IMG/VR virus record: IMGVR_UViG_3300035208_003503
Location: 484 to 64,483 of that record
DNA from: a virus
Taxonomy: Duplodnaviria; Caudoviricetes
Strand: one strand, 5' to 3'
DNA length: 64,000 bases
The stretch's first letter is position 1; every line of letters begins with the position of its first letter. This document shows, piece by piece, positions 56,267 to 64,000 of the stretch. Under the pieces are notes generated by a model. The model saw only the letters and a list, made by a program, of their open reading frames with translations. It searched no databases and had not been told where the DNA came from. A program made the translations under genes and the position numbers.

Positions 56267-57151
56267 ATGAACATACCAGGTGGTCTTAAAGGGCTAGCCT
56301 TAGGCGCCGCACCCCTTTTGGGTTTAGGAGCCTATGGAGGCTATCGTTATTATGACGCAGTAAATAACCCAAGTCTAATGGAAAGTGCCTGGACAGGTTT
56401 AAAAAATAATTACCCAGCAGCAATAGGAGCAGGAGCACTTGGAGCATTAGGTGGTTATGGACTGGGAAGGTACTATAACGGACTTGGTTCTAGAATATCA
56501 GGAACACCTATGGAACGACTCCGTGGGTTCACAGCGCCACATCTTTTTCGTGGTATGGAGCAGGAGGTAGAGAATCTTCGTAATGAGTATGCTCAGAAGA
56601 TGGAACTACTTGGAGGGTCAGGATTAGGGGATATCCCATCAGAAGCCCTCAAATTTGATATACCGGATCTTCATAACACAGATAATATCGATCCGCTTAA
56701 TTTAGTCATTAAAGAAAAAACAGCGTCGCTAAGTATTAGCTTGGTAAGAAGAGCTGTACTTAACGAGATTTTTGATAAGAAGGCAGCTATAAACCCTAAT
56801 GTTTATAAGGGTTTAGCAGCAGGTCTTGGTCTGACTGCTCTTGGAACAGGAGCTTATAGTTTGGCAAGTCCTGCGTTAGCAGATATGCAGGCTAAAGCGG
56901 ATAGGAATGCTAAGATAAGAAAATATTTAGCGTACTCAGCACCTATTGGTCTTGCTCTTGGAGTAGGAGCTGGTGCTGGTTATTTAGGTGGAAGGTCTGC
57001 AGGAAGAAGTCAATTGGATGACTCCATGCAGTTAATGAGAGATCAGATGACTTACTCTGCTCAGAATGATTATTTTGATAGGGATCTTGCAAATACAGTC
57101 AGTGCATTAAAACAGAACGGGGCTTTAGGAGGTCAGTATGTCGGGCAATAA
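56267..57151 (+). CDS. glycine-zipper protein with KxA motifs
   Basis: GLALGAAPLLGLGAYGGY, AAIGAGALGALGGYGLG; KEKTAS and FDKKAA. Confidence 0.65.
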   Translation: MNIPGGLKGLALGAAPLLGLGAYGGYRYYDAVNNPSLMESAWTGLKNNYPAAIGAGALGALGGYGLGRYYNGLGSRISGTPMERLRGFTAPHLFRGMEQEVENLRNEYAQKMELLGGSGLGDIPSEALKFDIPDLHNTDNIDPLNLVIKEKTASLSISLVRRAVLNEIFDKKAAINPNVYKGLAAGLGLTALGTGAYSLASPALADMQAKADRNAKIRKYLAYSAPIGLALGVGAGAGYLGGRSAGRSQLDDSMQLMRDQMTYSAQNDYFDRDLANTVSALKQNGALGGQYVGQ

Positions 57152-57893
57152 GTTTAATAAAGATAGGAACGTTAAATTCATAAACAGCCCTCTGTATCGT
57201 CTCCTTGATGACTCTACGAGAGACAAGCTCGCTTCAACAATGGATGAAGAAGATAAAAAGGTTATAGCTGAATATGAAAGGATAGGTAAAGAAGCAAAAC
57301 AGCATCCGAGAGATGAAGTAGTTCTAATACTAGCAGCTACTCCCTGGGAACAGTTTGGTCCTAACGATAATGGGGACGCTCTTTACTCAAAACCTTTTTT
57401 TAAGATAAAACAGGACGCAACACTCCCTGTAACTCATCGGTCTTTCGAGACCAAAGCGATGATATCTAAAAATCATCAATACCAGACTCCGGATAAAGCT
57501 ATAGGAGGAATCCTTAAAGCTATATGGAACGAAAAGTACAAACGAGTCGAAGTACTCGCTATATATTACTGGAATAAGGCATTAAGTGAATGTAACAGGA
57601 TTCGTAAGAACAAGGCACTAATGTGTAGCATGGGTTACAGAATATGTTCTCCGGAACTTCCACCTGAATCAGGTGAGTACTGCTCTTATTGTGGTAAACA
57701 TGCCCGTAGAACCGAAGAAAGATGTTCGCACCTTTCCGGACTTGTAGGTTCTATAGTAGATGGCATCCCAGTTTTTATGATGAATGGGAAAGGGTTCTTC
57801 GTGGACTTGAGTTCTATAGTAATACCTGGAGACTTTAACTCCAGGACTATATGGAGATTGGACCCTAATAGTGGAGACGACTCTGAGAAATAA
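57138..57893 (+). CDS. putative prohead (capsid maturation) protease
   Basis: GPNDNGD, KNH, RVEV, CSMG, CSYCG..CSHL and DLSSIVIPGD fit a His/Ser maturation-protease layout with a zinc-finger insertion; located in the head module. Confidence 0.55.
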   Translation: MSGNKFNKDRNVKFINSPLYRLLDDSTRDKLASTMDEEDKKVIAEYERIGKEAKQHPRDEVVLILAATPWEQFGPNDNGDALYSKPFFKIKQDATLPVTHRSFETKAMISKNHQYQTPDKAIGGILKAIWNEKYKRVEVLAIYYWNKALSECNRIRKNKALMCSMGYRICSPELPPESGEYCSYCGKHARRTEERCSHLSGLVGSIVDGIPVFMMNGKGFFVDLSSIVIPGDFNSRTIWRLDPNSGDDSEK

Positions 57894-57983
57894 AAATTTG
57901 CAAAAAGATTATATAGAGTGTATCCTGTTACCGTATATTGTTTGTTAATTGTTTTTTTTAAGATAACCTAGGAGGTAATTCAC

Positions 57984-59876
57984 ATGAGCGTTTTAGATTA
58001 CAAGAGAAGAAAGGAACTTGAGAGACAGGGGGTCGATCCATCTCAGGTAGACAAAAGAGCGGCTGAAGGAGATCCTTGGTATCTTTCACAGGCTGGAACA
58101 ACAGGACTCGGTGCAGGTATTGGCGCACTAGGCGGCGGACTTGCTGGGGGCCTTATGGGCGGTGATTGGGGGAGTGCTGGAATGGGAGCCCTTGGTGGCG
58201 GACTTGCCGGCGGACTTGCCGGGTACTACGGTAATGAAATGCTTCAGGACCCCATAGCAGCAGCAGCTGCAAAGATCGAAGAGATCGAGGAAATCCTCAA
58301 GCAGAATATTCCTGGTGTAAATAGAATGGAACTTGAGTCTGTTAAGGCTCAGTTGCAGGCTTTTCTGGGAGAAAATGGCTATGTTGTAAAACAGAGCGCA
58401 TACAATGGAGCAAATGGTATGAATTGGCTTTACGATAAAATGGCGGCTGCAGATCAGATCGCTAAAGAACAGGGTGGAATGCCTCCTCAGGGCGGAATGC
58501 CTCAGGGCCAGCCTTCACCTGAAGAAATGGCAATGATGGAACAGCAGATGGCTATGCAGGGTGGACAACCTGGAATGGATCCGGGAATGGACCAGAAGAT
58601 TCAGGAAGACCTTATGATAACTGAGCAGGTGCTCGGATCAGATCTTCCCCCAGAACAGAAAGTCCAAGTCCTTGAACAGGAAGGTATTGAACCAGAAATA
58701 ATTCAGGCAGCTGTAGGAGCTATCGTTGAAGAAGCTCAGGCAGTTGAAGCTGCTATGGGTGGACAGATGGGCGTAATGCCTCAGGGACAGCCTTCACCGG
58801 AAGAAATGGCTATGATTGAACAGCAGATGGCTATGCAGGGTGGACAGCCTCAAGGACAGCCTTCACCTGAAGAAATGGCTATGATTGAACAGAACGCTGC
58901 TAACCAGGAAGTAGATGCAATAGCTGCATACTACGGTATTAATCCAGCTTGGTTGCATAACGAAGTTGATAAAGTAGCTGCTTATAATGCAGGGTACAAT
59001 CCGTATTTTGATAAAGTAGCTGCTTACAACAATATGTACAATCCTTATGGATACCCGGTGTACGACAAAAGAGCAGCTGACTGGATGGACAACTTTAGCA
59101 ATGCAGCAAGCAGTGCAAGAGAAGGTTTTGGCCAGATTGGCGACTCAATAGGTAACTACTGGGGAAATAAAGTTAACCAGGTTGGCAGCGCAGTAGCAGA
59201 TACTGCTAATACCGTAGGTAACTACTGGGGAAATAAAGCTAGTCAGGTTGGAAATGCTGTAAGTAGAGGTGCACAGGCTGCAAACGAATGGGGCGGACAG
59301 CAGGCTATAAATGCAGAGAATGCTTGGAATAGAGGAACTGCTGCAGTAGGTAGAGGTGCACAGGCTGCAAACGAATGGGGCGGACAGCAGGCTATAAATG
59401 CAGAGAATGCAGTCCGTAGCGGTGCTAGGGCTGTAGGTAAGTTTGGTAACGATACTATGAATGACCTTGCACGAGGTAAAGAAGAAATGATGAAAATGCC
59501 GGGAAGAGCTTGGGCCGCAGCTGACAATATTCCTGGAGTACCTCAGTTTAAAGAAGCTGGTAGACAGGCTTATCAGGGTGGACAGAATGTTGCTCAGTCA
59601 GTAGGAAACTACTGGGGTAATGCAGCTGATCAGGGGATGGCAGCAGTAGGAAGAGGTGTTGATGCAGTAGGTCAGTACGCTGATAACTTCGGTAATCAGA
59701 TGGGACAGGCTGGACAGAGTTTCGGCAACGCGTATGACGAAGTAGGAAAGGGGTTTGATAGGATAGGTTATGGCTTATCTGGAAACCAAGGACCTAAACC
59801 AGCCAACAGAACAGCTGACAAGAAACAGGCTTTCAGAGGATACTACCCTCCTTACTACTACAGAAATTTCAGATAA
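57984..59876 (+). CDS. low-complexity (Q/M/G/P, N/G/W) virion-region protein with DKxA motifs
   Basis: VDKRAA, YDKMAA, VDKVAA, FDKVAA and YDKRAA; QPSPEEMAM repeats; TTGCAA-N17-TATCCT promoter upstream. Confidence 0.75.
   Translation: MSVLDYKRRKELERQGVDPSQVDKRAAEGDPWYLSQAGTTGLGAGIGALGGGLAGGLMGGDWGSAGMGALGGGLAGGLAGYYGNEMLQDPIAAAAAKIEEIEEILKQNIPGVNRMELESVKAQLQAFLGENGYVVKQSAYNGANGMNWLYDKMAAADQIAKEQGGMPPQGGMPQGQPSPEEMAMMEQQMAMQGGQPGMDPGMDQKIQEDLMITEQVLGSDLPPEQKVQVLEQEGIEPEIIQAAVGAIVEEAQAVEAAMGGQMGVMPQGQPSPEEMAMIEQQMAMQGGQPQGQPSPEEMAMIEQNAANQEVDAIAAYYGINPAWLHNEVDKVAAYNAGYNPYFDKVAAYNNMYNPYGYPVYDKRAADWMDNFSNAASSAREGFGQIGDSIGNYWGNKVNQVGSAVADTANTVGNYWGNKASQVGNAVSRGAQAANEWGGQQAINAENAWNRGTAAVGRGAQAANEWGGQQAINAENAVRSGARAVGKFGNDTMNDLARGKEEMMKMPGRAWAAADNIPGVPQFKEAGRQAYQGGQNVAQSVGNYWGNAADQGMAAVGRGVDAVGQYADNFGNQMGQAGQSFGNAYDEVGKGFDRIGYGLSGNQGPKPANRTADKKQAFRGYYPPYYYRNFR
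59263..59410 (+). repeat. 61-bp perfect direct repeat (59263-59323 and 59350-59410)
   Basis: Encodes RGAQAANEWGGQQAINAENA twice. Confidence 0.9.
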
Positions 59877-59887
59877 GGGAGGCTCTA

Positions 59888-61063
59888 ATGTACCCCTATT
59901 ACACAGATAAAATAGCGGCCTCTAAAGTAGAGGCTGCTAGAAATATAGCTAAGGCGGTTGCAAATGCCGCAGGAAGACTTCCCGGCCAGGCTAAAAACTT
60001 AGCTAAAGGAGTTGGGGAAGGTTTTAAGGCTTTTGATGGAACAATGGGCCAGGGTGCTACTGACTTGATGAGAGGTTCTCTAGTAGATCCTTTAAGAAGA
60101 GTAGGAGCAGGCATCGGCTACGCAGCTAAGCCTGTAGCAGGATTAGGGGGCTTAGGCGCCGTAACCGGTGGCGGATTCGGCGGTGTTGGATCTATCTACG
60201 ATTATATCAGAGCCTCAGAAGCAGAAAGAGAAGTACTGGGTGGATTTCCGGGAATGATCGGTAGAGGAATAGGCGGCGGAGCTTTAAGAGGTGGCGCTAT
60301 AGGAGCCTTAGGTGGATTAGGAGCTGGTATAGGTCTCAGAGGTGCACTACTTAATCCGGGGTCTAATCGTGCGGCACTAGGAGCATTGGCTGGTACTGGT
60401 GGACTTATTGGAGCACCAATAGCAGGTCTTACTGGTGATTACACCGGTCTTGACCAGGTAAGAGATATAACGTCTTCTTACTACGGTTACAATCCTTACA
60501 TGGATAAAATAGCTGCCGGAGAAGTTGTTCCTACCAATAACGTTGCAGTAGCAAGAGAGGCAGCAATGCCTTTCACACGCACCTTAGGAGTTTTGGGAGG
60601 CCTTGGGCTAGGAGCTCAGATAGGTGCAGGACTTTCAGACCCTTGGGACAGAGACGCCTTAAAAAGGAATGCAATTATAGGGGCCTTGGGTGGTGGAGCA
60701 GCTGGGTATTTCGGTATGCCTTGGCTTATGGATGCTTACCATACTTATAGAAGAGCTTACCCAACACCAATGGTAATAGGTGATATGGGAGGTATTAAAA
60801 ATGCTTCTTACAACAGCTACAATCCTTACATGGATAAAATAGCCGCTTCTCAACCTTGGTACATGGATCCTCATAATCAACAGCTTATGGGCGGAGGCGT
60901 AGGCCTTACTGCTGGTAATATGCTTGGTCAGAGACTATTCGGTGATGCAGGCGGACTTATAGGTGCCGGTCTCGGTGCTTATGGGGGCTATGCAGCAACT
61001 CCTTGGGCTAGAGAAACAGCTTTACCGTATCTCCAAGAACAGTGGAAAAAATATTTAGGATAA
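59888..61063 (+). CDS. three-module glycine-zipper protein with DKIAA motifs
   Basis: YPYYTDKIAA, YNPYMDKIAA (x2). Confidence 0.75.
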   Translation: MYPYYTDKIAASKVEAARNIAKAVANAAGRLPGQAKNLAKGVGEGFKAFDGTMGQGATDLMRGSLVDPLRRVGAGIGYAAKPVAGLGGLGAVTGGGFGGVGSIYDYIRASEAEREVLGGFPGMIGRGIGGGALRGGAIGALGGLGAGIGLRGALLNPGSNRAALGALAGTGGLIGAPIAGLTGDYTGLDQVRDITSSYYGYNPYMDKIAAGEVVPTNNVAVAREAAMPFTRTLGVLGGLGLGAQIGAGLSDPWDRDALKRNAIIGALGGGAAGYFGMPWLMDAYHTYRRAYPTPMVIGDMGGIKNASYNSYNPYMDKIAASQPWYMDPHNQQLMGGGVGLTAGNMLGQRLFGDAGGLIGAGLGAYGGYAATPWARETALPYLQEQWKKYLG

Positions 61064-61082
61064 GGGCGTGTTGGTGTGTGTT

Positions 61083-61104
61083 GGGGGCTTCGGCCCCCTT
61101 TTAG
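61083..61104 (+). terminator. intrinsic terminator
   Basis: GGGGGC-TTCG-GCCCCC-TTTT. Confidence 0.85.
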
Positions 61105-61116
61105 TAGGAGGACGAT

Positions 61117-61944
61117 ATGAACTATCGTGATAAAATAGCGATGAACATGAACTTCAGAAATATGGCCCTTGCAAGTCTATTGGGTGCCGGAGGCGCCGGT
61201 GGACTTATGTATGGGGTAGATAATTTGTATAATAAATTCAAACCGGAACCTAGACTGCCTTGGTATTTGACACCTGGCGGGTCACTTGCTTTGGGTGCAG
61301 GACTGGGAGCTGGAATGGGAGCTGGAGCAGGTATGCTTTACGGGCCAGCTGTGGGCGCGGGTCTTGGAGGTATTACAGGTGGTGTTGCTGGTTATTACGG
61401 AAATAAGCTTCTAAATCAAGCGCTTCTTGCAGAAGAACAACGTCTTGTGAATCCTTATTTCGCTGCCGGGGGTTCAGCCCTAGGTGGAATAGCTGGCGCT
61501 GCTCTAGGAGCGCTCGGCAAAAAAGGGGGCATGGCAAGGATGGCTATTGGTGCAGGTTTGGGTGGCCTCACTGGTGGTACTGCTGCCGGCCTCGCCGGGG
61601 GCGATGTTTTAGGATCTTCAAGAGGATATAATCCTTATGTTGATAAAGTAGCCATAAGTAATATGTTAATAGGTGCTGTATTAGAGCGTAAGGGTTTAGG
61701 TAAATTTCATCCTCCAATGCATAGATTCAGAGAAAATTTAGCGCTAGATCTTAAAGGGATTATAGACAAATATCCTAAAATAGGGTCTAGGATAATGGAT
61801 AGTATGCCGAGATTTAAGTCTCATGGAGAGCTTGGCCCGTTACATTATGTAATGGATACTATGCCAGTTGGTACTAAGGTAGACACATATTATGCTCTCC
61901 AACGCGCTTTACGAGATGTTATTTCCCCACCTTTTAAATGGTAG
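61117..61944 (+). CDS. glycine-zipper protein with DKxA motifs
   Basis: YRDKIA, PWY, GAGLGAGMGAGAG and YNPYVDKVA. Confidence 0.75.
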   Translation: MNYRDKIAMNMNFRNMALASLLGAGGAGGLMYGVDNLYNKFKPEPRLPWYLTPGGSLALGAGLGAGMGAGAGMLYGPAVGAGLGGITGGVAGYYGNKLLNQALLAEEQRLVNPYFAAGGSALGGIAGAALGALGKKGGMARMAIGAGLGGLTGGTAAGLAGGDVLGSSRGYNPYVDKVAISNMLIGAVLERKGLGKFHPPMHRFRENLALDLKGIIDKYPKIGSRIMDSMPRFKSHGELGPLHYVMDTMPVGTKVDTYYALQRALRDVISPPFKW

Positions 61945-61970
61945 TAGATACTCCCTCTAACTTTTATTTC

Positions 61971-61999
61971 TTGACCTCCTAAACATTTTTATCTATACT
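61971..61999 (+). promoter_or_regulatory. sigma70-like promoter
   Basis: TTGACC-N17-TATACT. Confidence 0.6.
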
Positions 62000-62041
62000 T
62001 TTCAAGTATAAGTTTTTTTATTTTTACAATAGGGGGTTATT

Positions 62042-64000
62042 ATGTCTTTATTTCTACAGTACAAAATGAAGAAGTTGATGGATAAGAGGGCTGCGGACTA
62101 TTCTTCTAAAGGAGTCCTGGGGAAAGATGGGGTTATAGATGAAGAGGTCGATGAGAATGGTAATAATGCGCGTCAAAGGAAGCTTCTTAAGGATGCAGAA
62201 GCTAGGCTTAATGCATCCAAAAAACCAGCTTACCCTACCCCGGATGCAGATGCTAAGCATAGTAAAGATAAACCTGTTACTTTAGATAAGTTTCCTAAGG
62301 ATCGTAAACTAGAGTTTTTTTCTGATAAGACCCAAAACTGGAATGGTGGAATGCCTTTTCTTCAGTACAAAATGCAGAAGTTGATGGATAAGCGGGCAGC
62401 ATTTGATTATGCTGCTATTGCGGCTAGAGCTAGCGGGTCTCATAAAAAAACAGATGAGGAGGTTGATAAGATAGATAAGAAAAAGCAGGCTAGAGAGACA
62501 AAGGTAACTAATACGTTGGTCCAAGGATTAACCGGAGGATCAGCAGGTAAGAAACCAGGAGCAACTTCCGAAGGTATTGATAAGAAAAAAGACACCTCTA
62601 TCGGGGGAGAAGGAAGTGTGAACGCCAATCTTACGAGATCTAAGAAGAAATTCTTAGACACTACTACCAAAACCCAAAATTGGAACGGTGGAATGCCGTT
62701 TCTTCAGTATAAAGCACAGCAGGCAGAAGCACTTAATAGAGACAAAACAGCGGAAATGGACCCTCAAAGAGTTCAAATATCGTTGGATCCAAGCGTGTAT
62801 CTAACTCCATCCCCCGATCAGGAAGCTCTTAGACAGGCTATGATCGATAAGACCCGTTATTTTGGTGCCGGAATGGGCGGACTAATGGGAGCTACCGTGG
62901 GTGGAATGGCAGGAATGATGCATGGAAGAGGTTCAATGACTAATCTTTTCAGTGCTTTTGGCGCTAAAGATAGGATGAAACGTGAAGCTCTCATTGGTGC
63001 ATTAGTTGGCGGAGTAGGCGGAGCAGGTCTTGGGTACTATGGAGCACCTGCTATGTCTGAGTTTGCATCAGATTTCAGTCAAGCTTACCCTCAGGGTGTT
63101 GCATCAGTAGCACCAAGTAAGATGGCAGCTTATAATGGTTACAATCCTTACCTCGACAAACTTGCAGCTGATGCAATGAGATACGAGTTGGATCCTGCTA
63201 CGGATTCAATGTATAGAAATTCAGTACCTTTACCGGCGGAGTACCAGAGTCTGGTACCAGAAGGACAGCAGTATATGGTAGTAGGGCAGACAATGACTGG
63301 TGATTTTATAGTAGAAGACGCTCAGGGTAACGCCTATATATTCGACCATGCGGCCAGTAACCCGTTTGAAGACGGGGAACTTATACCGTTGGAACGTAAT
63401 GCTAGACAGCTTAGGGAAGATATGCAGGCAATGTATGCCCAGAACCAGGGAAAATCAGGGTACCACATGGGTTTCCTAGACGATGCACAGCCTCAGTTCT
63501 CAAGTCAGTTTCAGAGCAACCCAGTAGGAGGAGCTCTTATGGGATTGCCTAGAAATGTTAATATGGGATCAGCCTTAGTTCCTGCACTTGAAAATTACCC
63601 AGGAGGCCAGGACTTTATAAATAATCAAATGGGTATCAGCAATACTCCTTCAACAGGGGGTAGAGTAGCAGGTGGATTATTCGGTGGAGCACTTGGTTTA
63701 GCAGCTGGAGGTTTACTAGGTGGACTTTCCGGAGCTATAGGGTCAAGAGTGGCCGGAGCATCAAGGGATGACCTAAATCGCAATGCTCTTATCGGAGCAG
63801 GAATAGGCGGACTGGCTGGAGCTCTTGGGGGTGGATACCTCGGTGCAGCACCCGGAGCTGACTGGTTAGCTCAGAATGAATACAACAGGGCTATCCAAAG
63901 ATATCCCGAGGATATGCTGTCTGAAAGTATGAACCCGTATGGATCTGAAGATCCCGCAGAACTCGAAAGAATAAGAGAAATAGGTAATAGAGCTATGTCT
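62042..64000 (+). CDS. DKxA-family modular protein, open to the window end (not in the supplied ORF track)
   Basis: Manual translation from ATG 62042 shows no stop to 64000; MDKRAA x2, RDKTA, YNPYLDKLAA and glycine zippers. Confidence 0.8.
   Translation, partial: MSLFLQYKMKKLMDKRAADYSSKGVLGKDGVIDEEVDENGNNARQRKLLKDAEARLNASKKPAYPTPDADAKHSKDKPVTLDKFPKDRKLEFFSDKTQNWNGGMPFLQYKMQKLMDKRAAFDYAAIAARASGSHKKTDEEVDKIDKKKQARETKVTNTLVQGLTGGSAGKKPGATSEGIDKKKDTSIGGEGSVNANLTRSKKKFLDTTTKTQNWNGGMPFLQYKAQQAEALNRDKTAEMDPQRVQISLDPSVYLTPSPDQEALRQAMIDKTRYFGAGMGGLMGATVGGMAGMMHGRGSMTNLFSAFGAKDRMKREALIGALVGGVGGAGLGYYGAPAMSEFASDFSQAYPQGVASVAPSKMAAYNGYNPYLDKLAADAMRYELDPATDSMYRNSVPLPAEYQSLVPEGQQYMVVGQTMTGDFIVEDAQGNAYIFDHAASNPFEDGELIPLERNARQLREDMQAMYAQNQGKSGYHMGFLDDAQPQFSSQFQSNPVGGALMGLPRNVNMGSALVPALENYPGGQDFINNQMGISNTPSTGGRVAGGLFGGALGLAAGGLLGGLSGAIGSRVAGASRDDLNRNALIGAGIGGLAGALGGGYLGAAPGADWLAQNEYNRAIQRYPEDMLSESMNPYGSEDPAELERIREIGNRAMS

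Noticed and set aside
397-62670. The many opposite-strand ORFs in the track (e.g. 2948..3565, 20214..20543, 52272..52901, 39014..39454, 62054..62670)
   Set aside because: They are shadows of longer, SD-bearing, co-directional genes and show antisense-typical Ser/Phe-rich composition
1-64000. Alternative genetic code (stop-codon reassignment)
   Set aside because: Recognisable proteins (helicase, ligase, terminase) are full length in code 11, and TAG, TGA and TAA all end genes next to the following SD

Overview
This window is an AT-rich segment of a large (jumbo-like) tailed dsDNA bacteriophage genome. It uses standard code 11 with strong AGGAG(G) Shine-Dalgarno sites. The host and family cannot be determined from the sequence. 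(1) 1-38.9 kb: a dense + strand array of small early/accessory genes, including a UvrD-like helicase, two nucleotide pyrophosphohydrolase-like genes, an RNA ligase, two multi-module NUMOD4/HNH endonucleases, a radical SAM protein and a macrodomain-like protein. Embedded in it are a cluster of four large structured intergenic RNA candidates (9.2-11.8 kb) and two tRNA-shaped RNAs whose anticodon arm is replaced by multi-hairpin inserts. (2) 38.9-44.7 kb, - strand: large terminase, a 1029-aa glycine-rich modular protein and an XRE-HTH regulator. (3) 45.2-46.6 kb: an AT-rich palindromic repeat array next to an IS200/IS605 TnpA homologue that has lost all three catalytic residues. (4) 46.6-64 kb: head morphogenesis region (probable portal, neck proteins, prohead-protease-like gene, transglutaminase-like protein). 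It includes a family of virion-region proteins built from glycine-zipper modules separated by a recurring (YNPY)xDKxA motif. The best candidates for undescribed systems are the ncRNA cluster, the DKxA polyprotein family, the tRNA-shell RNAs, and the dead TnpA plus palindrome array. All assignments come from reading motifs by eye; no searches or folding programs were run.
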